Positions 1 to 12,849 of a stretch of 54,549 bases of DNA are shown piece by piece. Within the stretch, counting starts at the first letter, position 1. Each line of letters starts with the position of its first letter. The stretch lies in the NCBI RefSeq assembly GCF_004010195.1, contig NC_057758.1, forward strand, positions 7,979,717 to 8,034,265. Direction: 5' to 3'. The stretch is from Chiloscyllium plagiosum (Eukaryota). The position numbers and the translations under genes are program-made. Under the pieces are notes generated by a model. That model saw nothing but the letters and a program-made list of their open reading frames with translations. It was not told the origin of the DNA and searched no databases.

Positions 1-430
1 CTGAAGATCCTAGGAATGTATTCATTAGAGTTTGGAAGGTTGAGGCGAGATCTAATAGAAACTTACAAAATAATGCATGGTTTAGAAAGGGTGGAAGCTG
101 GTAATTTGTTTGTCAAGCGGGAATACGAGGCAACGGTGGGCACAGCCTGAGGATTAAAGAGGTTCAATTTAAAACAGAGATGAAGAGACATTTCGTTAGC
201 CAGAGAGTGGCGGACCTGAAAAATTAATTTCCACGGAGCGCAGTGGAGACCGGGACATTAAATATCTTCAGGGCAGAATTTGATAAATTCATAATCTTGA
301 AAGAATTAAGGGATTGGCGAGAGTGCGGGTAACTGGCGTTGAAATGCCCATCAGCCATGGCTGACTGGTGTCGTGTACTGGATGGGTCGAATAACCTTAC
401 TTCCATTCCTATATCTTATGGACTTATGAA
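1..430 (+). mobile_element. CR1-type LINE 3' fragment (RT C-terminus and 3' UTR)
   Basis: Degenerate 'LEFGRLRRDLIETYKIM'-type RT C-terminal coding stretch, ending in a short-repeat tail (tcttatggacttatg). Confidence 0.75.
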
Positions 431-439
431 TGCTCCTGG

Positions 440-1450
440 CATTGATTTACACACATTTAAACCAAGATGCGGGTTGCCTGTAACCTCTCACAACCTTGTA
501 AATCTATCCCAGACCTCACTTCCCTCAACCTCCTGTCTGCTGCAACAATTGAAGTTCCCATCCGACTGTTGCATTGGATTATCTTCCTCCCGCCAGCCCC
601 CAGGGAGCAGAAGAAATTTTCTCACCCAGCATATTGATACCACTCTAGTTCAGATGAGACCATCCTGTTTGTCGATAACCCACCATTCTCAGAAAGAGCT
701 CCAATTATCCAAGAATCCAAAAGACGTCCAGCTGAACCATTCCAGCAGCCACGTGTTACAATCGATTCTCTCCCTATTCCTAGCATGTGCCACGGACAAC
801 AAACCAAAGATAATAACTCTGTTTGTTCCGTCTCTCAGCTTACAACCTAGCTCCCTGAACTTTTGCCTTAGGTCCTTACTTATCTTCCTTCCTCTGTCGT
901 TGGTGACAACTTAGACAACGACTTGGGTCTGCTTCCATTACCCGTCAAGGATAACGATAACATGATCAGAGATATCACAAACCTTGGCACCTGGGAGAAA
1001 TCAAACCAATCCTGAGTCACTCTAGTTCCCACAAAAGCTGCTTTCTGTCCTCCTGACTATGGACTCTCCAATGACTAAATCTCTGCTCCTCTTCCAGTTC
1101 CCCTCTGAGCAGCAGGGACAGACTGTCCACCAACGATCTATTCCCCATTACCTACCACTGTTGCGTCTTTCCCCCAACATTATCCAAAACGGGATACTAG
1201 TTGCTGAGGCGTACCACCACAAAAATAATTCCTGCACTGCCTAATGGTCCCTTTCCCTACCTCTGATGGTAAACTATTCACCTTCTTCATGTGGCTGTCG
1301 AGTAACTACCTCCCTGTAACTCCTCAAATTAACTGTCTCTGCCTTCTGAAAGACCCGACGTTCACCCAGCTCCAGCTGCAGCTCCCCAACTTGGTTCTCG
1401 AGGCAGTGGTTTTGGGTGCCGATGAAGTCAGCAATGAGCGTGAAGTGACT
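440..1450 (-). mobile_element. Decayed CR1 LINE 5' region (ORF1 esterase-like and start of ORF2)
   Basis: Minus strand reads ctcccaggtgccaaggtttgtgatatc (PGAKV-DI-like motif), similar to the better-preserved ORF1 at 20558-20863. Confidence 0.55.
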
Positions 1451-1975
1451 TAATTAACAAACGTGCATAAATCCGTTGAACCATCCTTGTTGTTTAAGAA
1501 TGATCCTTTTCTCCCCATTTCAATACACAGCGTAAAAAAAAAATATATTTATTTTAAATTACGTTGTATTCCAACAGACCAACTGTCTTGCTCTCGGTTC
1601 AGCCGGCTAAAAGAGCGACACATATACTCTGTAATTTTCTGAACTTAGTTTAACAAGCGCATTTAGGTTTCACAAAAAAGAAGTCTGGATTTTTAAGTGT
1701 GACTGAAATCAACTGAGTTTCACATAAAAAGACATTTGGATTTTTAGCTTTGACTGTAACTGGAATAAACAATCCAATTAACAAACTCACGTGTTGACGT
1801 GTTGATAGCAGTCCCACATCGATGAGTAATGTCTCTCAGGGACTTCTCTCTCTGCTCCATAGAAGGATTCGTGGCTGAACTGCACAGAATAATTCTCCAC
1901 CCACTGACGGGAAAGCGCCATGAATTTCAATGATTTCTATCCATACTTTCTCGAAGGATACGGCATCCATTTATC

Positions 1976-2063
1976 ATGGGTAATGGAGCCTTCTACATCC
2001 AAGGTATATTTCAGGATTTTGAGAGGATATACTACCCACTACTTGCTGTCATCAGTGTCCCCC
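1976..2063 (+). CDS. Putative first coding exon of a GPR139/GPR142-like rhodopsin GPCR (possibly a pseudogene; exon 2 not found)
   Basis: ATG at 1976 gives MGNGAFYIQGIFQDFERIYYPLLAVISVP plus 1 nt, then GTAAGT at 2064 (phase 1). 'IYYP-LA-I-VP' followed by a phase-1 intron resembles the TM1-entry exon of shark GPR139-like genes (recalled pattern). The upstream ATG at 1920 is in another frame. Confidence 0.6.
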
Positions 2064-2748
2064 GTAAGTGTTAAGCATCCTTATCAATTTTCTAAATCGT
2101 GTTGTACTCTTCACTCAATGTCCTGAAACGATTCCTAATCGACGTTTGCTGGTAGATCGATTGTTGATTCCTCCTTTCTCCCCTTGGTATATATGGTGAA
2201 CTGTTAAGCTATATTAGTCCAGTCTACCTTACATTGTCGACATAGTGACTACTGGAGACGAGTTGGATTGATTCGCTGCTTCTTATTCTCGTGCATATGG
2301 ATCTATTTATCTATGAACAAATGAGAAAGGTCACCTGCAGTCCTCTGCAGTAGGTTGGCGATATTTGTTTGATAGACCATGAATAATGTGTCCAAAATTA
2401 TGCGTCTGTAGATCCATTGTATTTAATATAAGATGAGAGCATAGCAGGATACAGACACATACATACACAATCTCTCACACAATCTCACTTTTACCAAAAT
2501 GCATACACCCACTATCACTCACATACAATCTTTCAGATTCTTTCCCAAATGCACATAAACATTCACTGTCTCACTTTCTCGCTGTATCTATTACAAACGT
2601 GCACACACACACACACACACACATAGACATACAGATACACACACACATTCACACCATAATCTGTGACAAACACGCAGATATTCAGACAGTCTCACCCGCA
2701 CACTGACAAAATACGCCCCATGTCGGGTCAGGGTGGGTTTCTTACCCC

Positions 2749-2988
2749 TTCCCGCCTCAGGCGACTGACTGTGTGGAGTTTGCACATTCTCCCCGTGTCT
2801 GCGTGGGTTTCCTCCGGGTGCTCCGGTTTCCTCCCACAATCCAAAGATGTGCAGGTCAGGTGAATTGCCATGCTAAATTGTCCGTAGTGTTAGTGTAGAG
2901 GTATGGGTGGTTTGCGCTTCGGCGGGTCGGTGTGGACTTGTTGGGCCGAAGGGCCTGTTTCCACACTGTAAAGTAATCTAATCTAATC
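2749..2988 (+). mobile_element. HE1-type V-SINE, 5'-truncated
   Basis: V-domain gtgtggagtttgcacattctccccgtgtctgcgtgggtttcctccggg, LINE-like tail gggcctgtttccacactgt and (TAATC)n end; near-identical to 37179-37493. Confidence 0.9.
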
Positions 2989-2989
2989 A

Positions 2990-5010
2990 TGTCGAAAAGG
3001 GTGGTGCTGGAAAAGCACAGTGGAGTGGCAGCATCCCAGGAGGAGAAGAGATGACGTTTAGAGCATCAGACTATCATCAGCAATGAGTGGGTGGGACAAG
3101 GGGCCTGAGGGATAAATGGGATTTGCAGGGAAAGATAACTGAGAATGCGATTTTTAGTTTGAGGTTGGCAATGATGGAGATTGTTTGGAAAGGAGGGCGG
3201 AGAGGAGAGGTGAAGTAAAATGGAGAGTTAGGGCAGTTCATGAGGGCGGAGCTGATTTTGAAGGTTGGCTGTGGAATAGGGTGGGGAGTGGGGTGGGAGG
3301 GAAGGAAAGAACCTGGTGAAATGTACATCGATCCGGTGCATTCGGAGGATCCCATGGGCGGAAGATAATGCCTTCTTCCTCCAGGCGTCGCGAGACGAGA
3401 GTCTGGCAGTGGAGGAGATCCAGGACTCGCATGTTCTTGACTGTTAAGACGGGGAGGTAAAGTGTTCTGCCACAGGGCGGTGGGATTATTTACTCCATAT
3501 TTCCGATAGATGATCTCAGAAACGTTCCACAAGTAGCCTTCCAGTCACACCAATTTCGAGGAGATTACACCAAAAGCAATGACAACAGTAGATGACGTGT
3601 GCAGAAGCAAAGCTAAATCTCTGTGCAAGTGCGAAAAGATCGTTTTGGAACATGGACGGGGGTGAGTTTGAAGGTGTGTGTTCAAATCCTGCTCATTCAG
3701 TGACGTTAACGAAAGGTGCCAGGAGTGGATAATGTGGTGGTGGAGGCCGTGGCCCTAACGAGGGAGTCACAGTGGTTGCTGCGAAATGCAGATAGCAGTG
3801 GAAAGATAAATATATCCCAGGTGGCGGACATGACTGAGGGTGTTAAGTTGTACCGAGAGGTTGGGTGGTGCAAGTTGAGGAGCGGGGAATTCTGACCTTG
3901 TTGCAATTGAAGGGGTAGGGTTTAAGGGAAGAGGTGAGCGAAATGGAGGAGATGCACTGGAGAGAGTTTTCGACTCGGCGGAGAGGAATTTGCAGACCTT
4001 GAAGAAAGAGGCCTTCTGGGAATTTCTTTGGTGGATTAGATGCGGCAGATAAATTGTACGGAATGGATCGAGCTTTCACTGATACCAAGGTGGGAGGAGG
4101 TGCTGTGCAGGTAGCTGTGGAAGGCAGTGGGATTCAGTTCGATATCAGTGTTGGGTCTGGCATTAGAAAAGAAGACGGAGAGGAAGTGGAGGGAGGTGCC
4201 CGAGATGGTCTCGGTGTATTTGAGGTCAGGGTAGAAGGTATTGGTTAGGCTAATAAATTGTTCATGCTGCTTGCGGGAGCGGGAGCTGTCGACGATACGT
4301 TCTTGATGAAGCGGTGAAAATGGTGGCAATTAGGAGATACGTTCTTGATGAAGCGGTGAAAATGGTGGCAATTAGGACCCATGCAGGTGGCCAGGATTAA
4401 CCCTTTTCACTTCAGGAAGTGAGATGATTGGAAGAAGGTTTTATTGAGGGTGAGGTCCAGTTCATCAAATCGGACGAACGTGTTCGTGGAACTGTACCAT
4501 TTGGGTGAGCGGATGAGGACGAATTTGAGGGTTTGCATGCCTTAGTTTGGAAGAAGACTATGAAGGGGATATACATATCCATGGTGAAGATGAGGCTTGG
4601 GAGCCAGATAAGTGAAAGTAATGGGTGAGGTGGATGGATTGGGTGACAGCCCGAACATATGCGGGGAGAACCTAGACCAAGCTGGACAGGAGAGGGCCGA
4701 GGTATGGATTAGCACGTTCTTTATGGAAGGAGATGTGTGAGACATTAGGTCAACCAGGACAGTCAGGTTTGTGAATTTTAGGTCGTAGATAGAACCGGGC
4801 AATGCAATGTTGCCGGCTGAGGTTTGAGGCTGTGGATGGGAGATCCCCGAGGTGATGAGTTTGTGGGCGGTCTAGATGATGATAGTTTGGTGTTGGAGGG
4901 TGAGCTCGTGGTTCAGTGGGCAGCAGGAAAAGGCGTCCCTGAGTTGATGCCAGTCTTCAGAGTTGTGGAGATTAGTGCACCAAACTACCACTGTGCCCGC
5001 TTTCTCAACT
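2990..5010 (-). mobile_element. Decayed Penelope-like element (pLTR, GIY-YIG and RT remnants)
   Basis: Terminal gtggtgctggaaaagcacag...catcag module; minus-strand RT-like remnants (EQFISLTNTFYPDLKYTETISGTSLHFL; PTAFHSYLHSTSSHL); 42-bp internal tandem duplication at 4294-4377. Confidence 0.75.
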
Positions 5011-5400
5011 GGTTTGCTGGGTAGTGATAGACATCAGCATTGCTCCCAGCAGTGCCTGCCTCTTCCTCGCGTATGGGGAACAGTGCATCTTCGCAGCTGC
5101 ACCGGCACCATTCCCAAACATTTCCCCCACTGTGTTGATGATTGTATCAGCGCCATCTCGTGCTCCAACGAGGTATTTGAACAGTACATACATTTTAATA
5201 AGACTTTATACCCTGACCACAAATTCACTTGGACCATTTCGCTCACCTCCCTCTCTTTCCTGTACCCCTCTATTTCCGTTTCTGGCGCCAGACTCACCAC
5301 AGAAAGTAATTTCCCGGCTCACTTCGTCGACGAGAGCCTTCAGCACATCACTTTTTCTGCACATATGCCCTTGAAGTGCACCAATCACAACAAGCACAGA
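5010..5400 (+). mobile_element. Penelope-like RT fragment, inverted relative to the adjacent copy
   Basis: ORF 4963 reads HCVDDCISAISCSNEVFEQYIHFNKTLYPDHKFTWTISLTSLSFL (degenerate YIDD region and 'LKFTWTIS' PLE motif). Confidence 0.7.
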
Positions 5401-5420
5401 CACACCCCCCCCCCCCCCCC

Positions 5421-6110
5421 NNNNNNNNNNNNNNNNNNNNNNNNNNNNNNNNNNNNNNNNNNNNNNNNNNNNNNNNNNNNNNNNNNNNNNNNNNNNNNNN
5501 NNNNNNNNNNNNNNNNNNNNNNNNNNNNNNNNNNNNNNNNNNNNNNNNNNNNNNNNNNNNNNNNNNNNNNNNNNNNNNGGAGATCATCTCCGAGACACAT
5601 GCACAAAGTCNNNNNNNNNNNNNNNNNNNNNNNNNNNNNNNNNNNNNNNNNNNNNNNNNNNNNNNNNNNNNNNNNNNNNNNNNNNNNNNNNNNNNNNNNN
5701 NNNNNNNNNNNNNNNNNNNNNNNNNNNNNNNNNNNNNNNNNNNNNNNNNNNNNNNNNNNNNNNNNNNNNNNNNNNNNNNNNNNNNNNNNNNNNNNNNNNN
5801 NNNNNNNNNNNNNNNNNNNNNNNNNNNNNNNNNNNNNNNNNNNNNNNNNNNNNNNNNNNNNNNNNNNNNNNNNNNNNNNNNNNNNNNNNNNNNNNNNNNN
5901 NNNNNNNNNNNNNNNNNNNNNNNNNNNNNNNNNNNNNNNNNNNNNNNNNNNNNNNNNNNNNNNNNNNNNNNNNNNNNNNNNNNNNNNNNNNNNNNNNNNN
6001 NNNNNNNNNNNNNNNNNNNNNNNNNNNNNNNNNNNNNNNNNNNNNNNNNNNNNNNNNNNNNNNNNNNNNNNNNNNNNNNNNNNNNNNNNNNNNNNNNNNN
6101 NNNNNNNNNN
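5421..6110. other. Assembly gaps (N runs 5421-5578 and 5611-6110)
   Basis: N runs flanked by poly-C and CT/CA low-complexity sequence. Confidence 1.
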
Positions 6111-6775
6111 TCTCTCTCTCACAAACACACCATCTTTCTCTGTCACACACGCAAACACAATCTCTCTGTCTCGTACATAGTTTCACTTTCTCACGTACAC
6201 TGACTGTCTTTGTCTCTCTAATAAAATTTCTGTGTCTCACGGGCTATGAATCTCACACATAGTCTCTCTGCCCCTCTAACACAGTCTCTGTGTCTCACAC
6301 ACGCTATTTCTACCTCAAACACACAGTCTCCCTTTCTCACATATACAGTCTCTGTACCTTGCACACATCCTCTCTCTCTCACACACAATACACATACACA
6401 CAAATTCACGCGTGCACACGTGCACACATACGGAAACATAAATATTCTCTCTCACACACACAGTATGCCTGTCTCACACACAGAGTCACACTCTCTCACA
6501 AAAACACAGCCTGTCTTGTCTCTCTAACACAATCTCTCTGTCTCACACACACTGTCTGTCTCTCTGTCTCTTGCGCAGTCTCCCTGTCTCTCTAACACAA
6601 CCTCTCTGTCTCACACACACCCTGTGTCCCTCTCGCTCTCTCTCTCTGTCTCTCTCTCAAACACACACACACAGTTTCCCTGTCTCTATAACACAGTTTG
6701 TTTGTCTCTCGCACCCACACTGTCCCTCAAACACAATCTCTCTGTCAGTCGAACACAGTCTCCCTGGCTCACACA
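6111..6775. repeat. Degenerate (CT)n/(CA)n low-complexity tract
   Basis: Mixed tctctc and cacaca units throughout. Confidence 0.9.
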
Positions 6776-6780
6776 CTGAT

Positions 6781-6985
6781 GGTAGCACGGTGACTCACTG
6801 GTTAGAGCTGCTGACTCATAGTGGCAAAGATCTGTGTTCGATCCCAACTTTGGACGGTTTTATGCATGGAGTTTGCACATTCTCCCTGTTTCTGCATGCG
6901 TGTCCTCTGGTTGTTCCGGTTTCCTCCCAGAATCCAAAGATGAGCAGGTTAGGTAAATTTGCCATGCCAACTGGCCCAAAGTATT
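6781..6985 (+). mobile_element. Old, diverged HE1-type SINE
   Basis: ggtagcacggtgactcactggttagagctgctgactca head and catggagtttgcacattctccctgtttctgcatgcg V-domain. Confidence 0.75.
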
Positions 6986-7134
6986 AGTGCATTAATCATA
7001 GAGAAATTGGTGAGGGTGAGTTTCTGTCTCGCATACACTTTCACTATCTCTCTCACTCTCTCGGTTTCACACACACTGACTCTGATTACAGCCTCACTGT
7101 CTCACACACAGTCTGCCAGTCTCTGTAAAACAGT

Positions 7135-7153
7135 CTCTCTCTCTCTCTCTCTC

Positions 7154-7210
<57 letters not shown>

Positions 7211-7229
7211 ACACACACACACACACACT
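7135..7229. repeat. (CT)n(CA)n microsatellite
   Basis: Direct reading. Confidence 0.95.
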
Positions 7230-7707
7230 CAGGCACAGGGAAACCTTGACATCCAATGGAATTCCCATTGCTGATTCCAACACAAGGAAACCCCTGGAAG
7301 TAACCTTTGACCAGAAAGCAACTGAAACAGCTACACCAATTTCATTGCTAAAAGAGCAGGCCAGACGTTTGGGGAGTTGTAGAAATCGCCCTGGTAAAAT
7401 AAAATACTGATTTCTTTCAGGATTTGCAATATTTACGACTTTTCAATTGTCGAAATAAAGCTCTGGGATATCCTGGGGCAGTAACCGATGCCAAAATTTC
7501 TTTCAATCCGTATTAATCCCGTCATCTCCTCTGCACTCACACGTCGTCAACTCTTCTTTCCTCCTTTCTTCTTGTCTCTTGCTCTCTCTGTATCTCTCCT
7601 GCCCTTGTCCAAGTGTGTCTGACACTTGCATTCCTTTAGCCTCTCCCAGCCCCACCGTTCCTCGCAGCTTGTCCTTCTCATCTCTTAAATGCAAAGGTGA
7701 AACGAGT

Positions 7708-8150
7708 TAGAACATAGAACATACATCATTACAGCGCAGTACAGGCCCTTCGGCCGACGATGTGATGCCGACCTGTGAAACCAATCTGAAGCCCAGCTAA
7801 CCTACGTTACTTCATTCACATCTGTATGCCTATCTAATGCCCATGTAAATGTTCTTAAAGTTGGCGAGTCTATTACTGGTTGTAAGCAGGGCTTTCCACG
7901 CCCCTACTACTCTCTGAGTATATTTTCATTCTATTTCATTGAGTTCAGAAAATTGAGAGGTGATCTAATCAAAACACAGAGGATTCTTAAGTGGCTTGAC
8001 CGGGTTAAAGCTTTGTTAGTGTCTCTCTATGTGGGTGAGTGCTGGACCAAACGGCATCATTTCAGGAAGAAATAGGCAAGCAAATTAACGACTAAAGTAA
8101 AAAAAGAATTATTTTTCTCAGAGGATTGTCTGCCTTTTGAATGCAAGATC
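7708..8150. mobile_element. Two CR1 LINE 3' fragments (7708-7920 minus; 7930-8150 plus)
   Basis: (AGAACAT)n tail and acagcgcagtacaggcccttcggcc, then 'FRKLRGDLIKT'-type RT C-terminal remnant. Confidence 0.75.
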
Positions 8151-8339
8151 GCGGTGATGGGGATGTGGTCCAGAGTCCTTATATTTCAGACTGAGAGAGT
8201 TGGAGTGGGAGGTCGAGTTGAAGTGTGAGACCATGGTGTGGCGGAATTGGTTGGTGCGGGTGTCGAATACGTGTTACTTGAATCGCTCCACAAGTTGGTG
8301 TCCAGTCTCAAAGATTCCTTTCGCATCTGACAGAGATTT

Positions 8340-8545
8340 ATCTGTAAGCGGGCCACTTCAACTCCCATCCTACTTCACTATGGACGTGCAGTTCCTGGGC
8401 CTTATCTATGTTTAAACCCAAACCATCTGAAGCCTGGAGGAAGAACGTCCCCTTTTCTGTCTTGGGACCCTCCAAAGCTACGGAATCAATAGGATTTTAC
8501 ATGTTTCCTGATTTCTGCTCTCTTCCACCTTATCCCAAATCTAAC
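8340..8545 (+). mobile_element. Penelope-like GIY-YIG C-terminal remnant
   Basis: cctggaggaagaacg...cttgggaccctcc matches the reverse complement of the 3330-3420 motif. Confidence 0.55.
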
Positions 8546-9121
8546 TCCAACTAATCGGCTCTCCGATTTATCTGTCTATGTGTGTGTGTGAGAGAGGGAG
8601 AGATAGAGATAGAGAGAGCGAAGCTCTGGCGTGGAGAAGGGCCTTGTGTGTGTCCGTGTGTGCAAGAGAGAGCGAGAGGGAGAATCAGTGGTTTGCAGAA
8701 GGTTTTATGTCTCTGTGTGAGAGAGTGTGGTTAACCATTGTGATATGGTTTGTATGCACAATTGATTGTGGGTTGTTAACTATGTGTGGCTTTTCCCCGG
8801 AGCACGAGATGTGGGAGTGTTTTGCTTTTATTTTACACTGTAGGGATTTAAGAGTGTTTAATTAGAGACGTTATTCAAGAAACTATTATTGATGTAGTGC
8901 ATTCTGCTGATGAAGTACTAGAGCAGTTTACTCAATACGAATGAGAATTGGTTGTTATAATTCATTATCTGAAACGACGGAGGTTTAGTGACTGATATAT
9001 TGGTAAGGGAAAATTGCATGTTGTAGATTAGGGAATACCTGTATTAAATGACGAGGCAGTAACCGACTTGTAAAACATAAGGGAACATTGTGAGAACAGA
9101 GATAATAGATAAGCTGCACTG

Positions 9122-9128
9122 ATATATG

Positions 9129-9180
<52 letters not shown>
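9122..9180. repeat. (TA)n(TG)n microsatellite
   Basis: Direct reading. Confidence 0.95.
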
Positions 9181-9181
<1 letters not shown>

Positions 9182-9195
9182 CGCAGCATGAATGC

Positions 9196-12100
9196 ATGAA
9201 TAAAGACACTGAAATTGAAACACTAAGTAAGCTATTTCCAGGAGCATGAAATAATATCGTTAAGTTTTCTGAAAAACGATAGAAGAACGAAGGATTTTTT
9301 AACTAAATGGCCGAAGAGAGTACTTTTGACGTAAATATGTGCGATGAAATGGAAGGATTAATTCAGAATTATAGACATAGGATAATTCAAAGAACAGAAT
9401 ACTGAAGTGAGAAGACGAGGTGGAAACCTTCAAGCTGTTGAAGGAGAGGAGTGGCAGAAAGTTTGTCAGGCATTAGTTGCAACTGATGGAGGTGCCAGAG
9501 AGGAGAATAAGCAATTTCTGTGCACAAAGGCTGGGGATGAAATCATGTCCCCGTGCTCAGTGCAGAACAAAGAGCCTTCATATATGGAGGCCCAGCAGGG
9601 ACAGCAAGTTTTATATCGCACGGTGGAAGACTTAGAAACCTCCCTCCCCCGCTATTTAGGTGAGCAAAATGTAACCCACTGTTCCTTAATGGGCTGTGCA
9701 ATACCGCTCTATGGGAAGTTGAATTGGGAAAAAAGCCTACATTGAACAGAATGTATTAAGAATAAAACTAGAGAAAAACTAGAGAAACAGACGAGGAGGC
9801 AACAGAATTAGAAGCTATTGATTGTAAAGAGAGAGATTGCGAGGGGAAATTCAGAAGCTATGCAGGTTAACAGAAGGAAGGGATTAGGAGACATACTTAA
9901 ATCATAGTAGGGATGTTAGGCAGAAACAGTCGGAGAGTGATAGGGGAGTGACCCGGGAAGGAAAGATTAGGAGGCAGTAGTGTGATCAGGAAAATTAGCC
10001 TGAACAGAACAAGCGGAAAAAAAGAATATCAAGATATAGAATTAGTTTGAAGTGGAATCTGATGAGAATTTACAATGTAGCAGCTTTAATAATGGCAAGA
10101 CAACCCCACCTGGGAACATATTGCCTTTGATTATAAAAGGGTGAAGACAGCCACAATACATTCCTTGTGGAGCCCAGGAACTGGAAGAGCTGATGAATGT
10201 GTTGAGAAGTTGACATAATGGGCAGGAAAGTGAATTACAGCCATTGAGGACGAAACCACAGAACGGTTCCTTGCATTGGGGGATTTGAAGGTACTGCTAA
10301 TAAAGGTAGTGGGACTATCGCAACTAAGAGAGATAATAAACTGCGCACGCTTGAAAAATGTAGTGGATAATCCGATGTTTGATGATGCTGGGTTTGATCG
10401 AGTCAGACAGAATGCATACCTGGCACGTGGAGATTGTTATACGCCTAATATTGATCCTTAAGGTTGAACAGAGACTCCACTCGGATACACTGAAAACCCG
10501 GCAGCTTATTTGGAAAACCAGTTGAAAACGTGGAGGCTTGAAACAAAAAAAAATCTGCAAGATAGTCAGCTGTTGAACACAATGTTCTGGACTGCTTTGT
10601 TGAAGCAATCTCCCCTCAAGTCAAATCTAAGTTAGAGGAGGTAGATGGTCTGACTTACATGGCAGCCAGGAATTCCGAGGTTACGCAATCCGAACGTTCA
10701 AAAGACTTGTGTGAAAGACAAGAAGATGCTGGTGGAACAGCAGGAGGAAGTGCAAAGAAATTTGACACTACTGCAGCTCCAGGAACTTAAAAAGAACGAG
10801 AGAGAGAAAAACACTGTTGCCAGTTACAACGGGATTGATTGTCGGCAAGTATGATGAGTAATATGGTGCTCCAGGAAAAACCATCTAAAGCTACCTGGCA
10901 AGGGCCAGAAAATGCTCATCAGATAATAAACATTTTTGGAGAGACTTTTCCACAGTTACCATACCAAGAGCAAAATGAATTTAAAACTTTGGGGCGAGAG
11001 TGGGGGTGGGGGTGGGTGGGAGGGGGCCGGGAGAGAGTGGAGCAAAGTGTATGGCGAGAAGTCAGATACAGAGAGGATCAGGACTTGTGTGTTGGGGGTC
11101 TTGTGACCCATGCCATTTAAGACGAAATTGCTCTTACTGGCCCTGGCCCTTCAGGTCCCAAGTTGGACCAATGAGTCAGAAAGGTCCGGCTGTCCTGCCA
11201 CAAATTCCTACAGGTTCGAGGGAACCTGTAAATCTGTATATGATGTGTTCGGATTGCCCAGAGAACCCGAGTGAGAAGGGGCAATATCCTGTGATAACGC
11301 AGGAAGCTGAACATGATACTTTTGTCCAGGTTAGTATCGAAGAAGGGTTGAGGCCTATGATGATAGATACTGGAGCTACGTATATTTGTGTTAAACCGCA
11401 TATGCCTCGCACCTTCCCACTTTAGGTACATGGTGCTGATGTGGGGAGAGTGAAATCACCGAATCCAGTAGAAATAAGATTAAAACCGGGGGCACTTTTG
11501 AGAAAAAATCTCAGTATCCTTGGATAGCTGAGGCAACAACAGCACAGGGAGTGTTGGAATCAGGAGTATTTAGGGAAACATGCAGCCCGTGTAATACTCA
11601 TTTGCGGCCTGTTGCAAGAAGTGGATAAGTCTAAATTTTCATAACATTGTACATCATTTTATGGCAGTTGTGTAAGATTGGCTAGCATTTGTTCCAAACC
11701 CACATTCTTTGCTAACATATGTACTACCGGCAGGACATTGGTTTTCAGTGATTGACTTGTGCACAGCTGCCTTTAGTCTTCCACTGGCAATATTTGTTCG
11801 TTTTTATGTACAGGGCAAGGCAGTATCCTTATAATCTAACGCCACAGGGGATTAAGCATTTGCCACATATATTTATTCAGGTGTTGAAGATGGATCTGGA
11901 GATTCTGCCATTGGACAGAACATTAATACAGTATGTTGATGATTTGTGAGTTTGCTTTTACAGTCAACGGTGAGCGTGAAACCACATCTATTCTGGAAAG
12001 CTTGGCCTGTGTTGGTCATAAGATGGCTAGGCAGAAGCTACAATGCTGTAAGCAGCTTACTGAGGATTTGGGTAGGCTTATATCGAAGTGAAGTAACGTG

Positions 12101-12830
12101 ATAGCACCTGATCAGATTTAGGCAACAATTCTGGATCCCACGCCTGTGAAAGCTGGATAGATGATGACATTTTAGTGGATGATAGAGTTTAACTCTGATT
12201 AGATTGAGGAGTGTTTCGAATTTCCCGCTCCTCTGCGGAAAATAATGACGGGGTCACGTCAACGGAGTCTGCAGAGTGTGCTGCATTGGAATGAGGACTC
12301 TGCAGCACCTTTAAATACTCTTCAGCAGGCATTGCAGTCGCCTCAGGCGTTGGGTCTAATTTTGAGAAACGTTTCTAACTTTAAGTGTTAAACAGACAGA
12401 GAGGATATTATGTTGCAGAACTCGCACAAGAGACGGGCTTTGGCGTGGGAGGGGTGGATCGCTAAGCAGCCTAATGCATATTATAGCAACATACTTGATG
12501 GAGTGGTTTAGGGATATCCACTCGTTACCAGGAGCTGGTGACGACTCATTTTGCCCATGAGAAGGCCTCCTCCGTAACGATGAGCCATCCTGTGATCTTG
12601 TGCACGCATCATGAGGTGGCGGCATTGTTAGATAAAGGGCAGTTTGCATTGATGCTGGGGTCCGAAACGGCTGGTTTGGTAAAGAGATCAAATGGTGCTC
12701 AGTGGCCTTTTTTTGTTCATATATAAGCAGCTAAGACTTTAGGCTAAAGCCTTAACGTTTTGGAACTGACCTGCATAATGACACATGAGTCGTTAGTCCG
12801 AAAAGCGGAAGTTTTATTTAAGTCAGTTCA
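9196..12830 (+). mobile_element. Decayed endogenous retrovirus: gag-pro-RT-tether; no integrase, env or LTR recognised
   Basis: Gag-like remnants (TKWP..STFDVNMCDEMEGLIQNY; QYIP; ALGDLKVLLIKVVG), degenerate zinc knuckle VCWGSCDPCHLRRNC (~11088-11131), protease MMIDTGATY (DTG at 11366-11374), RT TPQGIKHLPHIFIQVL..LIQYVDDL (YVDD at 11932-11943), tether-like EKASSVTMSHPVILCTHH; many stops and frameshifts. Confidence 0.85.
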
Positions 12831-12849
12831 GCAATGGAAACAGTTTGCT

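Noticed and set aside
339..914. 191-aa plus-strand ORF
   Set aside because: Spans a CR1 tail and the antisense of another decayed CR1; no protein signature
4963..6240. Long ORFs of 200-405 aa
   Set aside because: Artefacts of translating through N gaps and microsatellite
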